From positions 23,315,495 to 23,379,494 of the forward strand of contig NC_068998.1 in NCBI RefSeq assembly GCF_001194135.2: a stretch of 64,000 nucleotides of DNA, written 5' to 3'. Positions 63,961 to 64,000 of this stretch are shown piece by piece. The DNA is from Octopus bimaculoides. Lineage: Eukaryota. How positions within the stretch are numbered: the stretch's first letter is position 1; the number at the start of each line of letters is the position of its first letter. The position numbers were made by a program, and so were the translations under genes. The notes beneath the pieces are model-generated. The model was not told where the DNA came from. It worked only from the letters and a program-made list of their open reading frames with translations, and made no database searches.

Positions 63961-64000
63961 TGAAATTTTCTACGAATATGTGTTATATCATGTAGATTCT

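Noticed and set aside
1-64000. Prokaryotic or viral operon-like system (defence, CRISPR-Cas, integrative element)
   Set aside because: There are no intact or clustered ORFs. All recognisable coding signal belongs to decayed eukaryotic transposons.

Overview
This is a very AT-rich, microsatellite-dense eukaryotic window with nine assembly gaps. The SINE sequences, recognised from memory rather than by a database search, point to an Octopus (coleoid cephalopod) genome. No intact protein-coding gene, rRNA, true tRNA or CRISPR array can be supported, and the long ORFs in the track come from N-runs and simple repeats. The interpretable content is decayed transposons: about 20 tRNA-derived SINE copies in 2-3 families, many Penelope-like (PLE) RT and GIY-YIG remnants, RLE-type (R4/Dong-like) LINE pieces including a 2 kb RT/zinc-knuckle/REL fragment, an RTE/BovB-like RT, a CR1-like RT interrupted by a mariner MITE, a Helitron Rep remnant, two mariner remnants and two copies of a 231-232 bp MITE. 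I found no convincing new biological system. The best leads are decayed hammerhead-like motifs in PLE termini, a cluster of five hairpins at 25.2 kb, inverted SINE clusters (possible dsRNA/A-to-I editing substrates), RLE LINEs abutting trinucleotide repeats, and one unclassified coding-like remnant at 61.6 kb.
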